From an uncultured Candidatus Saccharibacteria bacterium (GTDB lineage Bacteria > Patescibacteriota > UBA1384 > CAILIB01), in assembly GCA_964593885.1 (NCBI GenBank), contig CAZQKK010000002.1, positions 223,204-281,382 of the forward strand: a stretch of DNA of 58,179 nucleotides, in the 5' to 3' direction. The translations under genes were made by a program, and so were the position numbers. Under the pieces are notes generated by a model. It was not told the DNA's origin. It did not search any database and saw only the letters and a program-made list of their open reading frames with translations. Below, piece by piece: positions 17,864-27,484 of this stretch; the first letter of the stretch is position 1, and each line of letters opens with the position of its first letter.

Positions 17864-18631
17864 CTAGAAAGAAATACTACTGAAACTAGTATACCAAGAG
17901 AGCAGCCTTTCTCCCCAGAGAAGCGAGGCAATGAGACCTAGGAAGAGAAAGGGACCAAAGGGAATCTTGGCTTCTAGAGTACGTTTCGTTAGTAAGAGCA
18001 GTACAACACCTCCCAACGCTCCAGCAAACACCGCAACCACCATCGCCGGAATAATGAGCGGATAGCCGGCAATGAGCCCTAAAGCCCCTGAAATCCAGCT
18101 GTCCCCTTCGCCCATCCCCTCTTTCTTGAAGGCAAACTTCCAACCGTAGGTAATTACCAGAAGCGAACCTGCACCAACCAGCAAGCCCAAGAGCGGACGC
18201 TCCCCTACCTGTGAGAATAACCCCAGGACGCCAGCAGCAACCACATACTCCACTGGCACCATCTGGGTTTTGAGGTCAATGACGCTCACCACCAGGAGCG
18301 ATAGCAACGCCGCCGCCAAGAGTGAGGCCTTCACGAGGCTATCTGGGACGAGTGAGGCAGCAAGTACGAAGAGCAGCGAGCTTGCAAGCTCTACCAGTGG
18401 GTACTGTGAGCTAATTGACTTCTTACAAGACCGACACTTCCCTCCCTGGATGAGCCAGCTGAACACCGGCACGAGTTCGTACCAAGAAAGGACGTGTTTG
18501 CAGTGGGGACAGGCAGACCTATCGGTGAGAATGGACTTGCGTCTATCGTCCCTTAGAATGAGCACGTTAGCGAAAGAACCGAAGACCAACCCAAAGATGG
18601 CGAAGCTTGCGATGATTTCTGGGTTTGGCAT
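17864..18631 (-). CDS. pilD: prepilin peptidase / N-methyltransferase
   Basis: Trimmed to MPNPEII... Polytopic membrane protein with a CPHC..C..C zinc motif and GMGEGD aspartyl-protease motif (A24 family). Confidence 0.85.
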   Translation of the reverse strand: MPNPEIIASFAIFGLVFGSFANVLILRDDRRKSILTDRSACPHCKHVLSWYELVPVFSWLIQGGKCRSCKKSISSQYPLVELASSLLFVLAASLVPDSLVKASLLAAALLSLLVVSVIDLKTQMVPVEYVVAAGVLGLFSQVGERPLLGLLVGAGSLLVITYGWKFAFKKEGMGEGDSWISGALGLIAGYPLIIPAMVVAVFAGALGGVVLLLLTKRTLEAKIPFGPFLFLGLIASLLWGERLLSWYTSFSSISF

Positions 18632-18660
18632 ACAAAAATAGTATACGGTATAGTGTACGT

Positions 18661-19389
18661 ATGAACAAAAACGCCGCACTCACCGTTGAGGGTATAAAGA
18701 AGAGCTTTGGCTCCGTTGAGGCAGTGAAAGACATATCACTTTCAGTTGCCCCAGGAGAAGTTTTGGGAATTGTCGGGCCAAATGGCGCCGGGAAAACCAC
18801 CACTATTAAGATGATTTTAGGCCTCCTGCAGCCAGATAAGGGAGACATCAAGATTCTGGGCGAGAGCAACACTACCTCTAGTGTGAGGCAGCGCATTGGC
18901 TACATGCCTGAGAACCCGTCTTTCTACAACCACCTCACCGGCCGTGAGCTTGTCACCTTTGCCGGAGAACTCTTTGATATTGAAAAGAAAGAGTTGGCGA
19001 AACGGGTTGACGACCTCCTGAAGCTAGTTGGCCTCCAAAAGGCCGCTGATAGGCACCTGGCTGGCTACTCAAAAGGTATGCTCCAGCGTATCTGCCTCGC
19101 GCAGGCCATGGTTAACCAGCCAGAGGTTTTGTTCCTAGACGAGCCGCTAGATGGCCTAGATCCCCTGGGGCGAATTCAGATGCGAAAGATCCTTGAAAGT
19201 GTCAAAGCAAATGGAGCTGCCATCATCCTCAACTCCCACATCCTGAGCGATGTTGCAGCGGTAAGTGACAAGATTGCAGTGATGTACCAAGGAAAGCTCA
19301 TAGCTTCTGGAAGCGTTGAGAAGTTAGTACCTGCCGGCAAGACGCTTGAAGAAGTGTTCCTAAAACTGATTGAAAAGGAGGAAGCATGA
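18661..19389 (+). CDS. ABC transporter ATP-binding protein (ABC-2 type)
   Basis: Trimmed to MNKNAALTVEG... Walker A (GPNGAGKTT), signature (YSKGMLQR) and Walker B (LFLDEP). Confidence 0.9.
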   Translation: MNKNAALTVEGIKKSFGSVEAVKDISLSVAPGEVLGIVGPNGAGKTTTIKMILGLLQPDKGDIKILGESNTTSSVRQRIGYMPENPSFYNHLTGRELVTFAGELFDIEKKELAKRVDDLLKLVGLQKAADRHLAGYSKGMLQRICLAQAMVNQPEVLFLDEPLDGLDPLGRIQMRKILESVKANGAAIILNSHILSDVAAVSDKIAVMYQGKLIASGSVEKLVPAGKTLEEVFLKLIEKEEA

Positions 19390-20189
19390 ACATCAAACAG
19401 AGCTTTAGTACCGTGCACCACAACCTACGGCCTGCGTTTGTCATCGCCAAAAACACCTACAAGGAAGTCATTCGTGAGCGTCTCCTGTACGGCGTTTGGC
19501 TAGCAGCAGCACTCCTAACCGGAGCCAGCTTCTTCCTTGCTACCATCTCCCTCGATCAGAACAGCAGGGTGCTCCAAAACACCGGACTTGCCAGCATCCA
19601 CCTCCTCACCGTCTTCATTGCCGTTTTCGTTGCCACCAACTCCATGAACCACGATGTTGAGCGTCGCGCCCTCTACTTCCTCTTCCCAAAGCCGGTCAGC
19701 CGGCCGCAGTACGTGGTTGGAAAGTACCTTGGCTTCCTAATGTTCCTGGGAACCACCCTCCTCATCCTAGGTGGGCTCTTCAGTATCGGGATTACCTTCT
19801 TAAACTCTAGTCTACTCAGTGCCGCCCTCATCAACATTGCCTACAGCTTCCTTGAGGTTTCGCTCCTCGTAGCCTTAGCAACCCTGTTTGCCTCGTTCAC
19901 GGCTCCCCTCAATGCCTCGCTCTACACCCTCGCACTGTTCTTCATTGGTCACTCGCAAACCACCCTCAAGGGGTTTGTCTCAGACCTTGGCAACAAGAGC
20001 CTTGAGTGGATCATTAACGCCGTCTACTACATCCTGCCAAACCTAGAAAAGTTTGATGTCAGGAAAGCCACCCTCTACAACGTGCCAATTCCAGCCGAGC
20101 AGGTAGGATGGTCACTGTTCTACTGGGTGATCATGGTATCTATCGTATTGCACCTCGCTACCCTGGTATTCCGTAAGCAGGAGTTCTAA
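19386..20189 (+). CDS. ABC-2 family permease
   Basis: 267 aa, six predicted TM helices, overlaps the ATPase stop by 4 nt. Confidence 0.7.
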   Translation: MNIKQSFSTVHHNLRPAFVIAKNTYKEVIRERLLYGVWLAAALLTGASFFLATISLDQNSRVLQNTGLASIHLLTVFIAVFVATNSMNHDVERRALYFLFPKPVSRPQYVVGKYLGFLMFLGTTLLILGGLFSIGITFLNSSLLSAALINIAYSFLEVSLLVALATLFASFTAPLNASLYTLALFFIGHSQTTLKGFVSDLGNKSLEWIINAVYYILPNLEKFDVRKATLYNVPIPAEQVGWSLFYWVIMVSIVLHLATLVFRKQEF

Positions 20190-21070
20190 TGCTGCGTCTG
20201 AGCACCGACAGCGTAAGGTTTTCGCGGCTCCACATCTGGTTGCTCACCTTCCTGGTAGCCGGAAGCCTCTCTGCTACCCAGGCCCTTGCCGATAACGCGA
20301 GTAAGGACACAAAAGCCTCGGTGAAGGAAGCTATTCTTCGGAACGAGAAACCCCTCCTCCCCTCTACCAAGGCACTGAAGCTCCTTTCACTCGGGGACGA
20401 ACCCCTCCTCGCAGACCTCATTTGGCTCCAAACCATCCAGTACTTTGGTGTGGGAAGTCCCTACCAGAAGTACTCGGCTCTCGGACAGATGGTAGACACG
20501 GTTACCGAGCTTGACCCTAAGTTTGCCTACCCATACCAGTTTGGTTTGGTTGCCCTCCCCTTCATGGGACAGTCTGAAACAGCCGTCAAGCTAGGTCTCA
20601 GGGCACGCGAGGCACTTCCTGATGATGGGTTACTCACCTTCTACACCGCAAGTGTCTACCACCTGAACCTTAAAGACTACCGCAAGGCAGGAGAGCTCTA
20701 CGCACTTGCCGCTACCCTGCCTGGATCCCCTCCAGCTGCCACACAGCTAGCTGGTGTCACCAAGGCACGGGTGCAAGACAATCTTTCAGATAGACAAGCC
20801 GCTATTGTCTTCTGGGAAGCAGTCGTACAGAATGCCAAGACCGATGAGGAGCGAGAGCGCGCCATTGCTTGGTACAAGCACATGCAGGTGGTCTACTCAC
20901 TCGAGATCTCAGCCGAGCAGTTCAAAACAAAGGTAGGTAGGTACCCTGCAAGCTTTGATGAGCTCATTGCCAATGGGTACATTGGCAGAGTGCCAGAATC
21001 CCCCATTCTGCGTGTGTACACGCTTGACCCCCAAACTGGCAAAGTTGGGTTTGAGAATGTAAAAGAATAG
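20189..21070 (+). CDS. secreted helical-repeat hypothetical protein
   Basis: 293 aa, N-terminal signal/TM, TPR-like helical composition, translationally coupled to the permease. Confidence 0.45.
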   Translation: MLRLSTDSVRFSRLHIWLLTFLVAGSLSATQALADNASKDTKASVKEAILRNEKPLLPSTKALKLLSLGDEPLLADLIWLQTIQYFGVGSPYQKYSALGQMVDTVTELDPKFAYPYQFGLVALPFMGQSETAVKLGLRAREALPDDGLLTFYTASVYHLNLKDYRKAGELYALAATLPGSPPAATQLAGVTKARVQDNLSDRQAAIVFWEAVVQNAKTDEERERAIAWYKHMQVVYSLEISAEQFKTKVGRYPASFDELIANGYIGRVPESPILRVYTLDPQTGKVGFENVKE

Positions 21071-21078
21071 TAGGTACT

Positions 21079-21112
21079 AAAAAGACGGCTGCAAGCAGAT
21101 AAGCCGTCTTTT
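21079..21112. terminator. bidirectional intrinsic terminator
   Basis: AAAAAGACGGCT-loop-AGCCGTCTTTT between convergent genes. Confidence 0.7.
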
Positions 21113-21121
21113 GATATTTCT

Positions 21122-21574
21122 CTAGTCTGGCTTCACTTGGTAGCCGTCTGCCACCCAACCGCTTCCTCCACCCCAACCCTTAGTGTTGTTAGTGTTCTCT
21201 AGGGTACCAAAGAGGGTGTAGTCTTTTGCACTATTGAATGTCTGGTATTTGTAGACGTAGCTTCCCGTATTGAGGGGATCAAGTGGAATGTTCTGAGCAT
21301 AGGCAGTTTTGAGTGCCGTTGCCAGTGGATCGTTACTGTTATTGAGGGTGGTCTTGGTTGTGGCTGCCGGATAGACAGAAGGTACCTGGGCACCAAAGTA
21401 GGTGGTGAGGTTAATCTTCAGCTGGTTGAGGTCATTCTGGCGCTGAGCGTCACGCGCTCGCTGCCTGATGCCGGTGTACGAAACCGTAGCGAGGCCGGTA
21501 AGGATACCTACAATAGCAACTGCAACCATGAGTTCTACGAGGGTGAAGGCGTGTTTTGAAACGTGTGTTTTCAT
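21122..21574 (-). CDS. type IV pilin (second pilin gene)
   Basis: Trimmed to MKTHVSKHAFTLVELMVAVAIVGIL.. (150 aa). Confidence 0.75.
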   Translation of the reverse strand: MKTHVSKHAFTLVELMVAVAIVGILTGLATVSYTGIRQRARDAQRQNDLNQLKINLTTYFGAQVPSVYPAATTKTTLNNSNDPLATALKTAYAQNIPLDPLNTGSYVYKYQTFNSAKDYTLFGTLENTNNTKGWGGGSGWVADGYQVKPD

Positions 21575-21590
21575 GCGTCTATTGTATACC

Positions 21591-21617
21591 AAAAAGACCC
21601 CGGATGGGGTCTTTCTT
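21591..21617 (-). terminator. intrinsic terminator after the major pilin gene
   Basis: On the minus strand: AAAGACCCC-ATCC-GGGGTCTTTTTGG. Confidence 0.6.
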
Positions 21618-21632
21618 AACACAAGAGTAGAG

Positions 21633-22178
21633 TTAAGGAGTTGGGTTACTACACCCAGTTGGTGCTGAAGTAGCATCGACACCATTAATTGTTGTGCCAT
21701 TTTTTACACAGAAAGCTGTATCGGAAGATGTTACTTGAGTCCAAATCGAATAGGCCGTGGCAGCAGCTCCAGCAGCAGTGCTATTTGTCTCATACCTGTA
21801 AATATGGGTAGTCGAAGGTGTTTTCGTAATACCTGTTCCGTAAGTAAAACCAGCAACGTTAAGTGTGCCTGTAAACATTGCCGGAATAGTAGTGGTACCA
21901 GTGTTGGTGTTGGCGCCAGTTCCAGAACCTGTTCCTGCTAGGACAGCGTCGATAGCAGCAGTATTACTACCAGAGATGGAATTACCAGTACTATTACTAT
22001 CATCATTCCTATAGAGCTCGACGGCTTTACCCATTTGGGTGACATCGCTCTTTGCATTAGCATTCCTAGCCTTTTGTTGGGCTCCAGAAACCTGAGTGAT
22101 AACGAGAGTTGCCAAGATACCGATGATGGCGATAACCACCAAAAGCTCGATGAGTGTGAATCCTTTGCGCATGCGCAT
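21633..22178 (-). CDS. pilA: type IV pilin, probable major pilin
   Basis: 181 aa, MRMRKGFTLIELLVVIAIIGILA... Strong SD (AAGGAGG), own terminator, Thr/Gly/Ala-rich head domain. Confidence 0.8.
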   Translation of the reverse strand: MRMRKGFTLIELLVVIAIIGILATLVITQVSGAQQKARNANAKSDVTQMGKAVELYRNDDSNSTGNSISGSNTAAIDAVLAGTGSGTGANTNTGTTTIPAMFTGTLNVAGFTYGTGITKTPSTTHIYRYETNSTAAGAAATAYSIWTQVTSSDTAFCVKNGTTINGVDATSAPTGCSNPTP

Positions 22179-22289
22179 AAACAGCCTCCTTAAATGTTAG
22201 TTACACTTTGTACTCTTCTAGTATGGGGAAGGTTCTAACCTGAAGTCAACACTTCCAATCTCTCTCCTCAAGAACCAGCTCTAGTAGCC

Positions 22290-23492
22290 CTAAACGCTAG
22301 TACTAATCTGGTAGATTGGGAGCAAGATAGCGATAACAAGCCAAGCAACCGCCACACCGAGAACAATAATAATGAAAGGCTCAATGAGTGTTGCAAGTCC
22401 TCCAACCTTAGATTCAACCTCTGCTTCGTAGTAATCTGCCATCCTACTCATTACCTCATCCATTTTTCCTGTCTGTTCGCCCACCGATACCATTTGCCCA
22501 ACCATGATTGGGAATACAGGATTTTCTGAGATTGGCACACTCATGGGGACTCCCCTTTCAACCTGTACCGCAACTTGGGCAATACCTCGCTGGTAGAGCT
22601 TGTTTGGGAAGGAATCGTTAATGAGCCTGAGTGATTCTAGGAGTGGCACACTTGAACTGAGGAGCATCCCCAAAAGGCGGCCAAAGCGCGCCATACTTGA
22701 CTGAACAATAATTCCCCCAGCAACTGGAAGCTTGAGTGAGTACCTACTGTATAGCTGGATACCAAACTCAGACCTGAAGAACCAACGTCCCACAAAGTAG
22801 ACCACTAGTCCCCCAATGATCAGGAGGTACCACTGGTGGACCAAGAGGTTTGAGGTAGCAATCAGGAGCTTGGTAGAGGTAGGAAGTTCCTTGTTGGATC
22901 CCTCAAATACTACGAGGAGCTGAGGAATAACCTTCACCATCATCAGCACTCCTACACCGAAGAGCGCAACCACAATGAATGCTGGGTACATCAGAGCTCC
23001 CTTAATCTTGCCTTGCACCTTCACATCTTTTTCAAGGTTGGTGGCAAGCTGCGAGAGTACAACCTCAAGCTTTCCGGTTGCCTCTCCCGCCCTTACCACG
23101 TTAATGAAGATGGGATCAAAGATTTCAGGAAACTTGGCAAGAGCAGTTGAGAAGCTGAAACCGTCCTGAAGGTCATTGAGAATTGTCTCGAGTGCTCCCC
23201 TAAACTTCCCCTTCTTCATCTGGCGGATAAGGAGGCGCATGGATTGAGAGAGGGTGAGTCCGGCGTCAATCATCGTACTAATCTGACGTGCAAACATCGT
23301 CTTGTCCTTCATCGTCACCTTGTTGAAGAACGGGATGTAGTCTAGGAACATCCTTGGGGCGGTGATTGCCAGAGGAGTCAGTTGGTTCTGGAGGAGGATC
23401 TTCTTTGCCGAATCCAAACCAGCAGCCTGAACGATACCAGTGACGATCTGGTTCTGGGCGTTACGCGCGCGGTAGTTATAGCTCTGTGCCAT
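22290..23492 (-). CDS. pilC: type IV pilus platform protein PilC (GspF family)
   Basis: 400 aa, two GspF repeats, three TM segments. Confidence 0.9.
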   Translation of the reverse strand: MAQSYNYRARNAQNQIVTGIVQAAGLDSAKKILLQNQLTPLAITAPRMFLDYIPFFNKVTMKDKTMFARQISTMIDAGLTLSQSMRLLIRQMKKGKFRGALETILNDLQDGFSFSTALAKFPEIFDPIFINVVRAGEATGKLEVVLSQLATNLEKDVKVQGKIKGALMYPAFIVVALFGVGVLMMVKVIPQLLVVFEGSNKELPTSTKLLIATSNLLVHQWYLLIIGGLVVYFVGRWFFRSEFGIQLYSRYSLKLPVAGGIIVQSSMARFGRLLGMLLSSSVPLLESLRLINDSFPNKLYQRGIAQVAVQVERGVPMSVPISENPVFPIMVGQMVSVGEQTGKMDEVMSRMADYYEAEVESKVGGLATLIEPFIIIVLGVAVAWLVIAILLPIYQISTSV

Positions 23493-23510
23493 GGCCCCTG
23501 CTTTGGTAGG

Positions 23511-24581
23511 TTAGTAGATCATCATCTTGAGCGCCTTGGGGTCTAGCGACCAAGCCAATGCGTCATCAACTGAAATTTCTCCTGCTGTCACCAGCTCTGC
23601 AAGTGACTTGTCCAGACCAATCATCCCCTCAGCAGCTGAGGTTTGGATGAGGTTTGGTAGCTGGTGGGTTTTACCTTCGCGCAAGATAGAACGAACGGCA
23701 GAGTTAGCAATCATCACCTCGGTTGCAAGGATTCTGCCACCTTTAGTCTTAGGAAGGAGGCGCTGGGAGATAACTCCCAGGAGTACCTCTGAGAGCTGCA
23801 CCCTAACCTGTGACTGCTGGTGGGGTGGGAAGACGTCAATGATACGGTCTGCAGTTTGAGCGGCGGAGTTGGTGTGGAGGGTGGTAAGGACCAGGTGGCC
23901 AGTTTCAGCCAGCTGGAGGGCTGCTTCCATGGTTTCTTGGTCACGCATCTCACCTACAAGTACTACATCCGGATCTTCACGGAGTGCTGCCCTCAAGGCT
24001 GAGCCAAAAGATGGGGTATCGCTACCAACTTCACGTTGCGAGATGATGCTCTTCTTGTGCTCAAAGACGTACTCAATTGGGTCTTCAATGGTAATGACGT
24101 GTCCCCTTCTCTGGGCTGCGATCACGTTCACCATGGCAGCAAGGGTAGTAGACTTCCCGTGACCGGTTGGCCCTGCCACGATGATAAGCCCCTGGTTGTG
24201 CTCAATCAGCTTGCCGGCAGCAGCAGGAACCCCAAGCTCAGCAAAGTCTGGAACGGAGTTTGGCAGGAGACGGAGCGAAGCTGCAAGCACACCCTTCTGG
24301 AAGAAGACGTTACACCTGAACCTCAAACCCTCGTAGGAGAAGGAGAAGTCAAGCTCTTTACGGTTCTCTGAGATTCGCTTGTTGAGATCCTCACCAATGA
24401 GGCTCCCGATAACCTCATTTGTCTTGGCTGCGGTGTAGACAGGCCTATCAACTGGAACAAGTTGCCCATCAACCCTAATGGTTGGCGAAGCATCACAGAC
24501 GATGTGCAGGTCTGAAGCCTTGTGCTCGATGGCGTGATCGAGGAGAAAGGTCAGCTCGCTGCTGAGAGATTTACTTGGCAT
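23511..24581 (-). CDS. pilT: twitching-motility retraction ATPase PilT
   Basis: 356 aa. ASDLHI, Walker A (GPTGHGKST), Asp box, Walker B (VGEMRD), His box (TLHT). Confidence 0.9.
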   Translation of the reverse strand: MPSKSLSSELTFLLDHAIEHKASDLHIVCDASPTIRVDGQLVPVDRPVYTAAKTNEVIGSLIGEDLNKRISENRKELDFSFSYEGLRFRCNVFFQKGVLAASLRLLPNSVPDFAELGVPAAAGKLIEHNQGLIIVAGPTGHGKSTTLAAMVNVIAAQRRGHVITIEDPIEYVFEHKKSIISQREVGSDTPSFGSALRAALREDPDVVLVGEMRDQETMEAALQLAETGHLVLTTLHTNSAAQTADRIIDVFPPHQQSQVRVQLSEVLLGVISQRLLPKTKGGRILATEVMIANSAVRSILREGKTHQLPNLIQTSAAEGMIGLDKSLAELVTAGEISVDDALAWSLDPKALKMMIY

Positions 24582-24593
24582 GTAATTATTCTA

Positions 24594-27185
24594 TCACTTG
24601 TTAGTTGATTCTCGTAAGACTTCGTCAATGGTGGTGATACCATTGATTGCTTTGAGGAGACCATCTTGGTAGAGCGTCAGCATTCCCAACCGCCTCGCCT
24701 CATCAGCAATTTTCCCTGCTGGTTCCTTGGCGATGGTGAGATCGGCAATCTGATCGTTCATTGGAAGCACCTCGTAGATACCAATTCGTCCCTGGTACCC
24801 CTTCCCTCCACACTCGCTACAGCCAGCACCCTGGTAGAAGGTAATCGGTCGCTTCACCCGTCTGGCGTCAAGTTCGTTCATCATCGAGATCTTCTCAATG
24901 TCTGCCTCAAGCTGCTTCCTAATTCCCTGTGGAAGGTTCACCTCTTTCCTACAGTTGGTACAGATCTTCCTTACCAACCTTTGCGCCATCACCACGTTGA
25001 GCGAGCTAGTAATGAGGAAAGGCTCAATCCCCATGTTCATGAGACGAGGAATGGCACCAGCTGCATCGTTGGTGTGGAGGGTTGAGAGCACCAGGTGACC
25101 GGTGAGTGCAGACTGGGTGGCCATGTTAGCGGTCTCCCCGTCCCGGATCTCCCCTACCATGATGATGTTTGGATCTTGCCTCAAGATGGACCTAAGCCCT
25201 TCGGCAAATGTGTAGCCAATTTTAGGCCTAATTTGGCTCTGGTTAATCCCCTTCATCTCGTACTCAATTGGGTCTTCAAGGGTAACCACGTTAACGTTTG
25301 GCGTAGCGATGCGCTGGAGGATGGCATAGAGACTGGTGGACTTTCCACTTCCCGTAGGTCCTGTTGCCAGACAAATACCGTAAGGCTTCTGAATAGCTTG
25401 GGTGAGACTGTTGTACGCCATACCCTCAATACCCAGCTTCTCAAGCGAGGCGATACCACGAGACTTGTCCAGGATACGCATAACCACCTTCTCGCCGTGC
25501 ACCGTTGGCATCACCGAGACACGAACGTCAATCTGGATTTCGTCGCTGAAGTTTACATCAAACCTTCCATCTTGCGGGACACGGTTTTCGTCCAAACGGA
25601 GGCGGGAGAGAATTTTGATACGCGAAACAAGAGAGTTGTGCACATCAGGAGGCAGCTTGATGATATCCATGAGCTGTCCGTCAATCCTGTACCTCACCCT
25701 CACCTCATCCTCAAAAGACTCAATGTGGATGTCCGATGCCTTCTCGTGGATGGCGTATGAGACCACAGCGGCTACCATGCGCGGAATCGCTCCACCCTTA
25801 ATGATGGCTTTGAGCTCATCCAGGTTCTTGATCTGGGCCTCAAGGAGCTTCCCGATGTCCTCACCATCATCCCCTGTACGTGATCGCTCTTTTGCAGCAG
25901 CTGACACTGGTTTCGCCACGCTTGATGGTGCAGGTGTTGCAGGTGCTGGTTGAGCTGCAGGTGCTGGCGTGGAAGCAGGTGCAGCCGACGCGGGCTGAGG
26001 AACTGCACTCTGGTTTCCAGGAGCTGCAGGAGCTGGAGGTGGTGTGAGCGGTTGAGCTTGGGCAACTGGAGCCGTTCCAGCTGGTGCTGCAGGTGCAGCC
26101 GGGAGAGCCACCTGATCTACCAGAGGCTCTGCGGGGAGTTTCTTATCGGTGTCTTGAGCAACAAAGGTTTGGGCAACTTTCTGGAAGAGACCAGCAAGAC
26201 CTGTCTTCTCTTCTTCATTAGTGATAATCTTTGCCTGGATTTCAGGGACGATAACATCCTTGGCTACCTTATGGGGAAGCATGTCTTCGGTAACCGGAGA
26301 GTTGAGCTCTTCAAGCTTTCGCTCAATGAGCTGCTCTTCTTCTGCCTTCTCCTCCTCAATTTTCTTCTTCTCTTCCTCTACAACCTCGTGGGCCTCCTGA
26401 GCGGCAAGCACCACGTAGTAGGCCATGAGATCAGCAAACTCAGCAGGCTTCACCGTCATCACGTGAGCAGTGATGTGGTTAGTCTCCTGCATGTAGGTAA
26501 TCACCTTCTTGAGCGCCTGGTTGTTAGTGCCATCGGTAACAAACCAGTAGGTGTTTGGCTTGAGGTAGTCAACGCTCAAGACGTGGTGCTTCTGAGCAAA
26601 CTCTAAGGGAATACGCTTGAGGTAGTTGTAGGCTACCAGCTTCCCCAGCTCAAAGAGTGGAGGTGGTGGACCTACCGGCCAGCCATCGGCTTCGGCATCC
26701 CCTGAGACTGGCTCAAGGTGGTTTGGTACCACCATTGGTGCCGGCTTTGGCTCATCAGGCTTCTTTGGCGAAGTTGCATCCGGAGGTGCCACTACATTAA
26801 TCTTCTGGGCGCCTGGAATCGGAGGCTTAGGGGGAAGTGGCATCGTAGTCTTCTCAGCTTCTGGGGCTTGAGTTTCAACCATAGGAGAGCTCTGTGGCTC
26901 AAGGTTGCGGTACTGGGCGAGGAGAAGTTTGAAATCAGAGGCATCAACGCGTGAGAGCTCAATGGTGCAGCCAATTTTTTCGCCAATCTGCTTTAGGGCT
27001 TCATAGAACCCTTGCTTGAGACGTTCGGGGTGAACCACCGCCAACCGCAGGTGGGTATCAGTCTGCTCATAGGCAACAACCTCAAACTTCTCAGCTGTCT
27101 GGAGGGGTATAATACGAAGAACAGCAGGTGGTACCTGCCTGCCCTTCATGGCGACGAACTGAAGCTGTTCCCCTCCGTCAGCCAT
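24594..27185 (-). CDS. pilB: type IV pilus assembly ATPase PilB with an extended N-terminal region
   Basis: 863 aa. C-terminal GspE core (ASDIHIE, GPTGSGKST, VGEIRD, TLHTN, CxxC..CxxC). It is preceded by what look like two T2SSE_N-like domains, a Glu/Lys-rich helix and a Pro/Ala-rich tract (about nt 25868-26123). Confidence 0.9.
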   Translation of the reverse strand: MADGGEQLQFVAMKGRQVPPAVLRIIPLQTAEKFEVVAYEQTDTHLRLAVVHPERLKQGFYEALKQIGEKIGCTIELSRVDASDFKLLLAQYRNLEPQSSPMVETQAPEAEKTTMPLPPKPPIPGAQKINVVAPPDATSPKKPDEPKPAPMVVPNHLEPVSGDAEADGWPVGPPPPLFELGKLVAYNYLKRIPLEFAQKHHVLSVDYLKPNTYWFVTDGTNNQALKKVITYMQETNHITAHVMTVKPAEFADLMAYYVVLAAQEAHEVVEEEKKKIEEEKAEEEQLIERKLEELNSPVTEDMLPHKVAKDVIVPEIQAKIITNEEEKTGLAGLFQKVAQTFVAQDTDKKLPAEPLVDQVALPAAPAAPAGTAPVAQAQPLTPPPAPAAPGNQSAVPQPASAAPASTPAPAAQPAPATPAPSSVAKPVSAAAKERSRTGDDGEDIGKLLEAQIKNLDELKAIIKGGAIPRMVAAVVSYAIHEKASDIHIESFEDEVRVRYRIDGQLMDIIKLPPDVHNSLVSRIKILSRLRLDENRVPQDGRFDVNFSDEIQIDVRVSVMPTVHGEKVVMRILDKSRGIASLEKLGIEGMAYNSLTQAIQKPYGICLATGPTGSGKSTSLYAILQRIATPNVNVVTLEDPIEYEMKGINQSQIRPKIGYTFAEGLRSILRQDPNIIMVGEIRDGETANMATQSALTGHLVLSTLHTNDAAGAIPRLMNMGIEPFLITSSLNVVMAQRLVRKICTNCRKEVNLPQGIRKQLEADIEKISMMNELDARRVKRPITFYQGAGCSECGGKGYQGRIGIYEVLPMNDQIADLTIAKEPAGKIADEARRLGMLTLYQDGLLKAINGITTIDEVLRESTNK

Positions 27186-27188
27186 ACG

Positions 27189-27482
27189 CTACTTTCCTAG
27201 TTCGTTGAGGTTGGTTTTTCCAAGGTCTTCTGCCTTGTACTCAGCCTGAACGTCTGATGAGATTACCGGTTTGCGAAGTTTTGTAATTTTCACGAAAACA
27301 TTCTGGGCATCATCTTTGCGTAGGTCGATACTGATTACTCCTACGTTGTAACTCTTGGTAACTGCGGGAAGCGCGGCAACAGCGCTCTGAATGAACATGA
27401 AGTAGTACATCCCCGCTACTGCAGCAAGCACCAGGAGCACCCCACCAATCGTCCAAGCAGATTCAGTTGTGAGTGGTTTCAT
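27189..27482 (-). CDS. small single-pass membrane protein of the pilus operon
   Basis: 97 aa, one TM helix. The stop is 4 nt from the pilB start. Confidence 0.5.
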   Translation of the reverse strand: MKPLTTESAWTIGGVLLVLAAVAGMYYFMFIQSAVAALPAVTKSYNVGVISIDLRKDDAQNVFVKITKLRKPVISSDVQAEYKAEDLGKTNLNELGK

Positions 27483-27484
27483 GG

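Noticed and set aside
25095-26606. Several 180-220-aa plus-strand ORFs inside pilB
   Set aside because: They are antisense shadows of the PilB coding sequence, partly generated by the Pro/Ala-rich low-complexity tract. The PilB motifs on the minus strand are conclusive.
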